Shown: in pieces, positions 35,875 through 49,100 of the stretch
Numbering within the stretch: position 1 is the stretch's first letter
How the letters are laid out: each line of letters starts with the position of its first letter
Source: Podarcis vaucheri
Lineage: Eukaryota
DNA length: 64,000 nt
Reading direction: 5' to 3' (one strand)
Assembly: GCA_965113315.1 (NCBI GenBank)
Contig: OZ220371.1
Position numbers and translations under genes: made by a program
The notes under the pieces: generated by a model
The model's database searches: none
Seen by the model: the letters and a program-made list of their open reading frames with translations, nothing else
What the model was told of the DNA's origin: nothing

Positions 35875-37377
35875 ATTTATTTTTTTTGTTCTTTTAAAAA
35901 ATATTTTTATTGAAAGTTTTCAACATAGCTTAGAATAAAAACTAAGCTACTCTAAATAAAAAGTATAAAAGAAAACAAAAATAAAAATAAAGACATAAAG
36001 AAGCAGGAAAAGATGAGAAAAGAAAAAATGAATGCAGAAGCTCTATCACAATTACATCAAATCCTTTTTTCCATGCACAGAAAGTAGACCTTTTCACCTC
36101 TTACCCGGGAGCATATCTTTCTTCCCCCAGCCTCCCACCCTTGGAGAGCCTTTCTACCCGGCCTCTCATACAGAGCCCCTCATCTTTGATCTGTCACCTT
36201 CCTATGTATATTTTCATCAATCCAAAATAGGGAGCTTTCTAAGAGCTAAAAATAAAAGCAGCTAGACTAAAAGGAAAAAAGAGGGGCTTCCGATTCTCTA
36301 TTTGTCAATTATATATAATAACAATCATTCAAAATATTCAAAGCATTTACCACAGGATAACACAGAGCTGTATATTATATAGATGTTTATCAATCTACTA
36401 GGCATAATTCTTCCCTGGCATCACAAATTCACCTTTTTCCACTCAAAAAGTCCAGAAGTAATTCTTAAATTTTTGTTCTCCAAGATTGTCCCTTCGCCAG
36501 TCCAGTTTAATAAATTTTTCTCCAAGGATTCCATCTTAATACTAGTCCTTCTTTTTCTGCTTTTTCCAATTCTTTCCAGCATCAGTCATCAGAGGCTTAG
36601 AAACTTCTTGTCTTGCAGTTGTCTCTTTGAACTAAATTGTCTTCTGCCCTCGTCTCCTGTCTTCTCCAATCATAAAGTCCATCAACAAACCAGTTTTACT
36701 TGTTTGCTTTGGACTTTCAGGCAGCTGCAAGGCCAATGTCTCCTGTAGCTCTCTGCACTCCTGCAACTCTCATATGGCAGGTCTTGGGCATTCTCCTGTT
36801 CAATAATGTTTCTCTTGAAATTTTATGCATTTTGGCTCTTAGTTCTACAAGTTACTCATTCAACACTTGCCTTATGATGATCAGAAGGGCATTCAACCCT
36901 TTTGTGACGTAGTGGCATAGTGGAGGGCACAAAATTGTTAGGGGCGCGAAATTTCAACACCTAGTGCAGCGTCAACACAGCTGCACACTTCTGTTGCTGG
37001 GCTCCATTGAAAACATGTTCTCAGTGCAAACCATGAAGTGCCCTCTCCAAACAATGGAGAGTTGAATGCACATGTGTACTCCATCCATTTCCCTCCCTCC
37101 CACGCCCCTCCCCCCCTGCACAGCCCTGGGCACTAGCAACCCACACCATGCCATTCAATAATATTTTTGCCATGTTTGTGTTGGTGTTCTATTTTTTGTT
37201 GGTGTTGCCCTTCGTTATCTTCCTTCCAGGTCTTTAGTTATGTTTACACATTCTTTCTTCAGATAAGGACAAGCTTCTATTTTATCTTGGTTATTTTAAT
37301 CACCACATAATTATCTCTGCCAGTGGGAGCATGGGCAACAGATAACTTAGTCTGCCATTTTCCTCTCTGGAAGTCCT
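35875..37377 (-). mobile_element. Non-autonomous L1-derived element (HAL1-like), about 1.5 kb
   Basis: 17-bp TSD gactactgctgaaattt (35858-35874 and 37378-37394); 5' end GACTTCC...AAAATGGCAG; ORF1-like LEKNLL...ENKNLRI; AATAAA plus A-rich tail. Confidence 0.65.
36910..37157. mobile_element. hAT-like MITE nested in the L1-derived element
   Basis: tagtggcatagtgg / ccacaccatgccatt imperfect TIRs. Confidence 0.5.
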
Positions 37378-38089
37378 GACTACTGCTGAAATTTCTTCAG
37401 GATTCACAGTGAGGTGTCCATTTCTGGAAAAAAAAAACTATGATTCCAAAAAGCTATGTTGCTTTTTCTTCTGGGAAGGAATTAGCTTGTCCCCTCCCCC
37501 ATGGTAACACTAAGTGGGTGGATGTTTTTAAATGAAGCAAACAAATTTGTAATATACCTGTATCATAATGTTATTTTGCATTGAAATAAATGCATTCTTT
37601 TTTTGCAAAATACTATGCTAATCTTGAAACTTTTAAGGAATTATCACAATTACTTCAAGTTTTAGATTCTTAATTCTCATTTTAAAAGCAAGGTGGCATC
37701 ACACAATTTGAATCTTCCTAGTTGAAAGTGTTTGTTGATCTAAGACCCTAAAGCATGGACTCAAGGAAATAATTTGTCCTTAAGCACTTAACCAGTACTC
37801 CTGTTTCATGTTCCAATATGATAACAAAAGTATGTATGCTTCATTTGTACAATAACTGTCTCTTTTATTAAACATCTGATGCCTGTGTACCCTTTTTCTC
37901 TGAAGTCCACTGATTGACTGATGCTATCTTCACTTGTGCTCAAAGCCTAGGGGCAATTAACTGAATAAAACTGTTTTCAGATCATGAAAAACATAACTGT
38001 TCAGGTTTTAGTTTTGGGATATGAACTGAGTGAGTTTCTTTGTATCATACATAGTATGTTTTGGGGGATGGGGGTGGCTGTGATTCAGA

Positions 38090-38260
38090 CAGATCAACCT
38101 CCTGTGAAGAGGCTGCATCCTAAAGTTTCAATGTTGTATTTTAATCTTTTTAAAAATTGTATTTTAATCAACTTGTTTTTATTATTGGTTGTTAGCCGCC
38201 CTGAGCCCGGTCTTGGCTGGGGAGGGCAGGGTATAAATAAACATTTATTATTAATTATTT
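38090..38260 (+). mobile_element. L2-type 3' end
   Basis: T-rich UTR then gccgccctgagcccgg...gggtataaataaa. Confidence 0.65.
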
Positions 38261-38282
38261 GAATAATGTCATTAAAATCTGA

Positions 38283-38475
38283 TAGGTAGCCGTGTTGGTC
38301 TGCCATAGTCAAAATAAAAAAATTCCTTCCAGTAGCACCTTAAAGACCAACTAAGTTAGTTCTTGGTATGAGCTTTCGTGTGCATGTGTATCTGAAGAAG
38401 TGTGCATGCACACGAAAGCTCATACCAAGAACTAACTTAGTTGGTCTTTAAGGTGCTACTGGAAGGAATTTTTTT
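38283..38475. mobile_element. Penelope-derived inverted pLTR insertion
   Basis: About 70-bp perfect inverted arms; 12-bp TSD attaaaatctga (38271-38282 and 38476-38487). Confidence 0.85.
38388..38425 (+). ncRNA. Minimal type I hammerhead ribozyme motif (PLE-associated)
   Basis: GTAT-CTGAAGA-A-GTGTGC(AT)GCACAC-GAAA-GC-TC-ATAC: catalytic core, stem II, stem I GTAT/ATAC. Confidence 0.75.
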
Positions 38476-39121
38476 ATTAAAATCTGAGACATTAGTCACA
38501 TTGTCATTAACATATTATAAATGTAGCAAAATTATATGGGAGCAGTCATGTCCCTATGGATATTACAGAGTAGAATTCCTGCTTCTTTGGGTAGGAGAAG
38601 GCATTTTGGCTTGGGTGGTCGCATATACATCCTTTAAAAAGAGAAAATGCATCACCAAAGAAGCGTACATATCTGCATATATATGTATAGGCACAAATTT
38701 TGAACTAATAATATAATAGAAATACAAACATAGATGTAAAGTCCTGCATTCCTGCTCAATGTGCTGTCTGGATCCAAAGTGTTGATGAGCAGCAACAACC
38801 CTGCTCACTATTCTTAGGATTCTCTATCTTTAAACTTAACTTGGAACCATAGAGTTTGAAGGGCTAGACATTAATTCACATAGAAGACAGAGGTCTGCCC
38901 TCTCAATTTTGTTTTATTTTTAAGGAGTAGGAAATATGGCTCTCACATTTAACAAAAATAAACTAAAAACCCAGTTCTGTCATTTTATTAAAAAGTATCC
39001 GGTTTCAAAAAAAATTTAAAAGAAAAGAAAATATTACTGCCCCCCACATCCCTAAATTTGTAATCTGCTTGGACAAATAGTTTTCAATCTTGTCCAATTA
39101 GGCCTGCATTACCTTCATCCT

Positions 39122-39476
39122 GGGACGCGGGTGGTGCTGTGGGTTAAACCACAGAGCCTAGGACCTGCCAATCAGAAGGTTGGCGGTTCGAATCCTCGCG
39201 ACGGGGTGAGCTCCCGTTGCTCAGTCCCTGCTCCTGCCAACCTAGCAGTTCGAAAGCACGTCAAAGTGAAAGTAGATAAAAAATAGGTACCGCTCCGGCG
39301 GGAGGGTAAACGGTGTTTCTGTGCGCTGCTCTGGTTCGCCAGAAGTGGCTTAGTCATGCTGGCCACATGACCCGGAAGCTGTACGCCAGCTCCCTCGGCC
39401 AATAAAGCGAGATGAGCACCCCCACAGTCGGTCACAACTGGACCTAATGGTCAGGTGTCCCTTTCCTTTACCTTTA
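39122..39476 (+). mobile_element. Sauria SINE
   Basis: Full length; TSD ttaccttcatcct. Confidence 0.93.
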
Positions 39477-42400
39477 CCTTCATCCTGCATGATGATACCT
39501 TCCATTTTAAAAACAAAACAAAACACCCACCTTCATCTTTCATTTCTTCTGCAGTGGAGCAGCTTCTTCCTTCTGTTCCTGCACTGACAGCTGAAAACAA
39601 TTAATTACACTGTTTTCATTGCTTTTTAGTACAGTATTTCCCTTACCCACCTTCTCTGTCTTAAGTGTGTTTTTTTGTTTTCAACTTCTGCATCCTCCAT
39701 CTTTGCTATCTAAAAGCTGTCTTTTGGTGAACTTGTAACAGCTTAACTCTTGTGCAGTTCTTCAGTGACAATTGGTTTTATTTTTCAGAAAACAACCCTT
39801 TTAGACATTGTTTATGGAATATTACAGCTTCAGTGAAACACTGCTCTACCATCTGAACTGCATCTTCTTTGGTCTCTCTTTCTATCAAAGCCTAATTCTT
39901 TTCTTTCATCACCATGTAGCCTTTTACTTTGCTGAAGTGCTATGCTGGTTTCTTAACATAATTGTTAGGCAAATTACTCAGGTGGACCAAGTGCCCTAGG
40001 TTATTGTCTGATGATTCTTTTCCCTTCATGTTTGTTGGCATTTCTAGGAGCAGGATTTGTAGAATTTTGTAATCTGAAAAGATGTTTGGATGGGGTGGAG
40101 ATGTCCCATTGCCAGAGTGAAGGGCCCTGCTTGCACTTGCTGAAACTGCAAGCAGGTAGAAGCTACTCCTGACAGTATACTCACTGGCAGTATGTAAGAC
40201 ACTTGAAACATGGCATGTATGCAGCAGGGAGGGGCATAGAGATGAGCCAGCAAAGCATCCATCGGATCCTAAACTAGCCTGGAGCTAGCACAAACAGTAT
40301 CAGCACAAATACTGCCCACCCACCTTTCTCTCTGGCTGGCAATAGCAGCAGTAGCTTTGCTGTTCCATTCAGCCTTGCTGCTCCCAGATGGGAGGTTGGA
40401 TTCCACCATCATTGTTGGTTGTATTCATCATTAGCGTTAACAGGCATATTCCTGATAGTGCACTAGTGAGGATAAACCTTTGGTAAATGGAAAGAGTCTA
40501 AATCACCAGAATTTCACACCAAGAGAGAATTCTTAGGGATCTATGCATTTTAATTTGCTGGAGTGTCTGGATCATACTTTGGAGCACTGAGAGTGTAATC
40601 AAAACTCCCAGCTAGGAGCAGTGAGGCTGAATGGATTTTGTGGAATACCCGTTTAGTTGAGATTAGACAGTCCCATTTCCTGTTGAATTTCAGGTACCTG
40701 ACAAGGACCTTACTACTTCAGCAGGCATTTAATAAAGTTTTGTGAATTATTGTGATTCATTTTACAATTTTATGTATGCTTCTTAGATACTACAGTAATT
40801 AAGTGTTGTAGAAATACATTAAATAAATATGGGGGGAGGCAAACATCTCCTCAGAGTATGACTGAAGTTCACTGATGGTCAGAACTGTCGCCTGCCCATC
40901 TCCCTGGTACTCTGAATACACAGGCAGCAGATGTCTGCTTCCACAATGAATTATAAGTTGTATATTCTGGAGATAGGCTCCACCACAAGACAGACTATCA
41001 TATCCCTTTTTTAAATTTAGTTAACTTAGCTGTATTTTATTAAGCATGAAGTGCTCTGGTTAATCCTTTTAGGAAATGCTGGTCTAGCAGAGGGGGAGGC
41101 ATGACAAAATGGGAAAGTGCCACCCTGCGCCTGCCCCTGACACCCCCATCAAAGCCCTGCTTACCAGGGGTGTGGGGCAGTGGCTCCTAGGTTCCAATGA
41201 GAACTCCTAGAGCCCTGCAAGAGCTTGCAAGAGCTCACAGGGCTCTGGCCAGGTCTCACCAGAACATTGAAGTTGCCACCAGTACTTCTCACTTCTATGG
41301 CAGGACCACCCTGTTGCCTTATTAATGATTGGCTAGAAACACCAAGGAAGTCACTGTCAGTATATCAGTCACATATAGATCCAAGCTTGGTAATTCCTAT
41401 TTGAAGTTGACTCTTGGCATCCTTTGGTATTGTGTATATTTTGTATCAGAGATGTCTAAGAAGAAAATTCACACTAAAAAGCTAGGCATTTCAAACAGAT
41501 ACTGCCAAGAAAAGGGTTCAATAAAGCCCATAGGTTATTCTTCAGCACAGAGTCTTTGAGGAGCTTGGGGGCACTGAATCAGAGATTCACCTCTTCTTTT
41601 GCTCTCAGAATGGGTAATAACGAAGCTGAACTATTCCGAAACAAGCCAAGCTGAAAGGTCAGTCCCTGACTATTTCCCTCCGTCTGCTCCAATTTGGAAG
41701 CACGGCAGACCAGGCTCCATACATGCAGTGTTTGCTTCAGTGGAATCCTTCCTGTACTGCTTCATTCCACTGACTTTTCACTTGGAACACTGTGGATAAT
41801 TGGTGAATCATTCCGTAGAAAAAGATTCCTTCCCTACTTTCAGATCTCCGTATCACAAAGTGCTTTTGAAATTTCCAAACTCAGCGGGGAACTAGGCTGT
41901 TTTTCAGGGAAATAAGATAACTGCCCCACTGTCTGTATTTAAGCCTTTAGTTGCACCTAAAGGGCTCACTGGATCATAGCCATGGACAAAAGAACCACTG
42001 AGTGAATGTAATTTATGGAATGCAACTGGTCTTTTACTAGTACTAGGAGGTTGCGCTTGGAAATTCATCTGGAACGAGGCCTCAGCACAAGGTTTTCCAA
42101 AACCAGATTTCCCAACTGCACAAATTCCCCATCAGATACTCCACCCTAAAAAAAGCCAGAATGAACACAAAGCATTCTTTGCTCCGTGTTTACATCCTGT
42201 ATCAGTGGTGGCTTCTCCACAGGAGTCGTTATTATCTACTGTGCAATAATTAGCAGGACAATCCAATGGCCCTTGCATTGAGGTAAACTCCAACTCAATG
42301 GCACACTGTTACAAGGGCTACTGGGTCATCCTGAAAGTTATCTGTCTAGTCCTGCTGCCTCATGAACTTTGTGCTGCCAACATTGGTGTCTCTCAAATAC

Positions 42401-42929
42401 CTGACTTCTCCAGTTTTCACCAAGGATGCCTGTTAAGCACAGCTCGGCTGCTGGCTTAAACTGGTCCATTTTATGCCACAGTCAATAGGACCTGCTCTGC
42501 AGACTTTCAATGCTGATTGCTGTTAACTCACAGAAGAAACAGGACAACTCCTGACACCATATGGTATTATTATTTGGGTGTCCAGCCCTTCCGCAGAACT
42601 TAGCCCTGCTTCTACTAAGTTCTTATAGTGAAGATTCACTGTTCATTCTATCTCAGTTTAGAAAAATACTGTAGGATCAGTAAGAACTCTTTCTTAAGAG
42701 CCTGCAGGTTCCTTCTCCTACATTTCCAACCATCTATATTTCCCAACTGTGCACAAAAAGATCCCTGTCTCAGCAACAGAAAAGCTAAAGAACAGGGAGA
42801 GAAGATAGCTAAAGATAAGTGACCTAGAAAAGAGAGGATGAGCAGGACTGATAGATGTGGTAACAGTGGGCTAGATGGTCTATAAGCCTGGTGCATTTGT
42901 GCTCAGCGAGCACCAGAATACAACTTTTA

Positions 42930-43130
42930 GAGGAAAGGCCATGGCTTAGCGGTAGAATGCATTCTTTGGGTCCAAAAGGCCCTAGATTCAGTCTGTGGGA
43001 TCTCCCAAGTAGATCAGGAAAAGACTTTTGTTTGAAACTCTGGAAAGCTACTGGTATATGGTATACACAAATATTGAGGCACATGGACCAATTTTCAGAC
43101 TCAATAGAAGGCAGCTTCATGTGTTCTTAT
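42930..43130 (+). mobile_element. Squam3-type SINE (diverged)
   Basis: tggcttagcggtaga head; tail aaggcagcttcatgtgttc. Confidence 0.75.
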
Positions 43131-43298
43131 ATGTTTAATGAAAAATGCATCCAAATACACTTTCCCATCCACGTTCTGTTGTGATTAGTCAGCTATATGC
43201 AACTGGATCAGGGAAGGGGGTTGGCCTGATTGACCATTTTTACACCCTTGTCATCGCAAAAAACATTTCAGAAAGGGATGCAAAAAAATAACCAAAAG

Positions 43299-43437
43299 NN
43301 NNNNNNNNNNNNNNNNNNNNNNNNNNNNNNNNNNNNNNNNNNNNNNNNNNNNNNNNNNNNNNNNNNNNNNNNNNNNNNNNNNNNNNNNNNNNNNNNNNNN
43401 NNNNNNNNNNNNNNNNNNNNNNNNNNNNNNNNNNNNN
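43299..43437. other. Assembly gap
   Basis: Run of N. Confidence 1.
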
Positions 43438-46400
43438 TCGCTTAGGATTAGAATGAGAAATAGGATCATGCTAGTTAAAGTTGCTGGTTAGGAGGGTGAT
43501 CACCCATTTGCAGAACAAGGAAACATCAAATCAATCCAGATAATAACTAGGAATGTTTGTGGTCTAAAATGGATAGTCTTATGGACTAAGTAATAGAAAT
43601 GAAATGAGATTTAATAATACAAATTAGAAGAATATTAAAACAAAGTCTTTGGGGGCCCTTGGGAGCTAATAATGAGCATTTTTGTTATCTGCTGGGAATT
43701 GGAAGCTGGGAGCAACAGGAAAAGAGGAGACCCAGGGTCTTGGTTAATCACAAAAGGATTATAAGCTATAACATTTAAAAAAGCAACAAATACATTTCTA
43801 TGATGTGTTAAACATAACAATTTCAGTAGAAATTGGAAAATATTAATACCTCTGTTTAACACGCTTGTATCTTTTTCCAAACAGTGTCAAGCTATTCAGG
43901 AGTGGGGGAAATGTCCCGCAATCTTTCTGCATTCCTTTAGCACCTAAATTCTGGACATGTCTGGTTAATTGGAAAATCTTGATTACTGACTTCATGTGAT
44001 AGGCAGTGAATTGTTTATAGCAAACCAGCTGCTACAAAACCTGTATTGGGACTGAATTTGTGGCATTGGTGGTATGACAATGACTCTTGATTGTGATGGG
44101 CCAATTTTCTTACCAGTCAGGTAGGATTTTGATTCTAAACTACTTATTTGACTTGTTGTTCGCCCCAAATGAGAAATATCAATTAATAAATTTACTAATG
44201 TAAAATCTAATCATGTTGTTCCTACATGATATGGCTCCCTAAAACTTAAGATAATATGTAATTTTCACAACTGTCACAGATGCAGCAAAATCTAAGTATT
44301 TCTGCATAGGCATGTTCCTTATGTATGCCTCCATAGATCTGTTCGCTAGGAAGAGGGTCCCTCCTCAGTGCCACAAGAACCTCCTCTTCCCATCTCCCTA
44401 TTTGGAGGAGACATAGAAAGGTTTCTTATGTTATACAGTTGAACTCTGGAGCAAGCAGAAGTGATTTTGCTACCTCAGGAACCCAGAGTATTAAAAAGAA
44501 TTTCACCTCACTACTCCATGCCCCTGAGCTTTGAAGCAGACAGAAGTAGTGTGAGAGACCTGCCACTTCTAAAGCTCAGCATAACATGAGAGAGGCTTGT
44601 GCTTCTCTCCACCAAATTATCTTCATGCACAAAGGATGTGGTGGATTCAGTGGTGACCACCATTTATTGCTTACCTGGTAACCCAAAGAAAAATTTGTGG
44701 ACCCCTAATAAAACAACTTCTTGGATCAACCCCCCCCCATAAGATGGTAATCTGATACTGAAAGCCTTGAGCTATCCTTTGTCAACAAATGCTGTATTGC
44801 AGTGTTATTTAATCACATTGGTTCTCAATTTCTATGCATAGCAACCCCAACTTGCAAATCTTTATTTACCCCACATAATTGTTTCTACTCTTTTCCAACA
44901 TCCAGCTTACTAAATTAAAATTTACCTTGTGGTCATATAAGCAATAAGCAAAACTGAATGTGAGCTGGCTGCTAAATAACAGCACCCTACCAGCAAGAGT
45001 TATACATCATGCAGGAGAGGACCTTTTCCATGGGGATGCCCTATATGTGGAAAACCATCCCGTCAGATGTCTGGCTGGCACTGATCCTGTTTATATTCCA
45101 GTACCAGCTTAATATATGGCAGGTTTGGTCAACCATTCATGGATTATTAATTGTTCAGATTAGAAGTGCAACCATTCCTTAGTTGTTATGCTGTTCATTG
45201 ATTTTTACTTGCTTTCTTGCTAGTATTAATTGAAATGATTGCTTGCTTTTATTGCAATTTTATTGTACCCCGCCTTGGAATCATTACTATGACGACAGGT
45301 CATAAATACTCTAAAGAAACTATATATGTGGTTGCAGTTTCAATTTCTCCTGGGCAGTTTGTGGATTCATTATAAAATTTAATATAGAGATGTAACATCA
45401 AGGATGTGGTCGGTTATTTAAAATAAATATGTGAAGTTCCTTTCTCATCTCCACAACTCTCTGCAAAGTGCACCTCTCCACTTTGCCTATTCCTTCTCCT
45501 AACTTTCTTTCCCTTCTTAAATTTCTCTCTCTGCCCCTTTCCTTTTTTCATCATTTTACTCTGCTACTCTTCCACTACTACCCCATGACAGCCTCCTGCT
45601 TCCTTCTCAGAACTCTTTTTAGGACCCCACTTCTTTTTTCCCTCTCTAGGTCTTTGTATCTGCCCCATTTCTGTGTAGGATCAGAGCAGTGCAGCCAATG
45701 GTGTCTGTATATTTCTGTCTGCCCTGACCCTTAGTGACATTAGGGAAGCTTCTTGTTATTTAGTGCAATACAGATGTTCATGAGATGGAAAAAATATTGC
45801 CCACTCTAGCGTACTGACACAAAATGGAGTTTATCATCAAAACCATGATGCAGCCTTAAAAAGAAACTAGAGTTTTATATTCTAGATATTCTATCTCCAG
45901 TGTTACTATTTATTTTACTATTTCATCTTCAACCAACAAGCTTTAAAACAACAAAAGCAACCACCGCATTTTACTTGCATGACAAGGAGTTTGGAGACAC
46001 ACACATGCTAATTGGCTTGATCCTCATTATTTGAAATTAAAATGTCATACTTTCCTTGGGAGAAGGTGATGTTGCCCTGGTACTTGATAGCCAAATTAAA
46101 ATAATTGGGTCGTTTTAATTTTGCCTGTCTATATTTTATAACTCTGATTGGATAATAAATTTCTTAATACTTCTGTATTATTTGGAAATAACTGGGTATA
46201 GAGATTATAACTTCAAAGTGATTATGACTGGAATTTTTTCTAGCTTTTGGGGTTTCTTATTACTGGTTTTGCTTTAATTAGTTTAAAGTAAAGATGTGAT
46301 TCACTATTATTAAAGTGGACTCTGACTTTATTTATTTTACATCTTTCATATAGAATATTGATGAACAATATATTTAGGTAATATTTTGAAATATTTGAGA

Positions 46401-48139
46401 ATTATTTTGGTCATATTTAGTTTCTCTTCAGGATACAGATCTAAAACAGAACCTTTCCAGTAGGCTTAACTTAACAGTATAATATATAAATAATATAGAA
46501 TAGGAAACTATGAAAGCAGATGGATGTTTGAAAATGGACCTTGAAGATGATACTGTGACATGATCATAGGAACTAAGGGGTGGGGGGATGAATGTAGTGG
46601 AGACGTTCTGAATTGGCAAGAGCCAAGACCAACATGCAGAATGTTATAGCAGCTGAGATGAGGTGTTGTTGTTGCGTGAGCAAGAGGAGAGTCAGGATAA
46701 ATATCATGGGTTTACAATTGTCTGTGTTGCAGCCCTTTAATCCAGTTATGCAGGCATGTCCAGATGGCAGTTGCTTGCTGCATTGGTGGAAGAAAGAGTC
46801 TAGAGAAAGGCAGGTCCTCATACTCTCCTGTGCTCCAAGCAGGATTCAGCTGTATAGGCTACTCACCCTTCCTTAAGACCCCTGTTGGGACTGGTTTGAG
46901 ACGCAGGTTGAATGCTATGTATGCACCTGGTATGAAGTAAAGGAAAAGGGCTGTTGCTAAGTATGGGGCATGGAGAGGCCCCCAGGTTCCTGGCATCTTC
47001 GTGTAGGACTAATAAATATCTATTTCTCAGACACTGGAGAATGCTAGTCAGATTCTTATACTTCTTATGTTCCTGTAGTGATGGAGATTTGATGAATATT
47101 CATAAAGCTGGGTTTCATCCAGGTAGTGCAGGAAATAGCTGTGCTGAAACAGTACATTTGATAGACCTTTTCAAACAAAACAAGGACACATCTAAACAGA
47201 TAAAAAATATATATCTGGAAATGGTGTGTTGTGGTTTCTAGGACTGTGGGCCGGAGCATTGTGCATTTTTAAAACTTCAAAGCCCTTTAAAGCTATTGTA
47301 CACTTCTATTTTTACTGGACTTTTTAGATACTGTACTGCAGTATTGTGATGCAGTTTTGTACTTTTGCTTGTGAGCAAAGCAGATGAGTGTTTATGGTGC
47401 AGACTATAGAATTTAGAAATAACTGTGGAAAGGGGACAAAAGTGAAGTTCCATGTGTGAACGCAGTAACTCTTCAACAAACCGTGCACGATGCGTAGAAA
47501 CAAACAAACAAAAAACCTTGTCTTCCTTTACACAGAACAAATTCAGTAGAGGTAGCTTGAATTTCTCCAAAGGAGAGACTTGCGCAAGCTGCTTGCCCAA
47601 GAAAAATGGCTAGTGTGAGGTCTCTGGATCATTACCTCCCTGCATTCTGGCCCAAATATTCCGTCACCTTCTGGATAGATGTGTGTGTCATTAATGCTAA
47701 TGAGAATTAAGCACACATGGAAAAGGCAAGTGGATCCCATCCTTTCTCTCACGCATTCTGCATTCCTTTACAATGGAAAACCTGGAAGTCCTTGATCGCT
47801 GCTGGATGTGTGAAAATGCTGCAGGACCATAGATGCTCGCAACATGTTTGTATTAATCACATCTCGTTATGGCTGTCTCCATCTCGACTGGAAAGCTGCA
47901 CCCGAGAGGCATCGTTTTTAAGAACTGACAGTCGTGTGGCATGATCCTTCCTATCCCCCGTTTCAGGGACTTCTGCGAGGCACGCAAATGTGGAGAGCAG
48001 CACGGGCTGCTACAATTTCAGTCTTGTCAGGATAAAGATTCTTTCCCGACAGTCCAGGAATTGAAGCGCTCGGAAGGAAGTAAATCTTTCCATCTAGATG
48101 TATAATGCACACTCGGGGATTTTTTTAATTTTATTTTTT

Positions 48140-49100
48140 TTAAGCGGCCGTCATGATCAGCCAGAATTTATGCTCGCTCTCTCTCTCTCTTTTGAACTGC
48201 CATAAATAAGATATAATAACTCCTTTCCAAATCTTTAAGGCTTAATGTGCTGTCTTTGGAAAAAGCTGCTGTTTTGATGCTGCTCGTCAGCTTGGCAGCC
48301 TAGGCTGGCGTGTGTGTGTGCGCGCAATACGTTCAAAGGGGGGGGGGAGGCACTCTGGCGTGGTACGTGCCGGGAACAGCGACAGAGCGCGAGACATTTG
48401 TGGCCATCAGAAGTGATTTAAGAATCGCCCGAGGAAGCGGGGAGGCTGTGGCGAGCCGCGGCCTCGCAAGGGTTAAGGGACGCCTCGCCCGCCCTCCTCC
48501 CCCCGCCTGGGTGTAAACAGAGGAGCCTCAGCCTATCATGTCTGATTGCTGCTCGGTGCCTGAAGAGAAAGCCAGGCTCGGTAACATGATACATTCTAGA
48601 CTGGTTCAACTTGGAAGCGCTGCGCTCGGCTCGTCGCGCCCAGACAGCGGAATCGCCGCCACGGGAAGGTGGGTGACTGCGAAGCGACCCTGTTGACCTT
48701 ACAAGCCGAGGCGGGATAAAGTGCGATTTCTCACCTCGAGTGGAGCCACTTAGAAAGATTTCAGGCAGAACCGCCAGCGCTGCTCTAGGTAAATGTAGCG
48801 GGGTTTTCCTCGCTCCGCTGCTGCTGCTGCTGCTTTTCTGTACATCGCTTGCTCCGGCGTTGCAACGGGAGGGAGGAGGCTCCGTTTCTCTTTGAATCGG
48901 TGCGGAGAGGCTATGCTGGCGTTTGAAACGAGGTGGCTTTCTTTAACCCCTCAAGGGCTGAGCTGGCGAAGGCACAAGCTGAACTTTGCAGATCGCTTCT
49001 GCCTGCCAGATGCAGTTGCAAGTAGCTGTTCTCTTGCGAGCGAGCCTATTGTCCTTAACAGCACTTTAAATTTCATTCCTGGGCGAGGATGGGGTTCCGT
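48140..49100 (+). promoter_or_regulatory. CpG-island promoter of an unidentified gene
   Basis: Only large non-TE CpG-rich tract. GC boxes 48488-48507, HRE TACGTG 48364-48369, TGTAAACA 48512-48519. Confidence 0.8.
48520..48788 (+). other. Probable first exon (5' UTR or short coding)
   Basis: Follows the GC boxes; candidate donors AAG|gtgggt (48668/9) and TAG|gtaaat (48788/9). The start is a guess. Confidence 0.45.

Noticed and set aside
48538-48555. MSDCCS resembles the human MIGA1 N-terminus
   Set aside because: The similarity stops after six residues and no MIGA1 exons follow; no symbol assigned.
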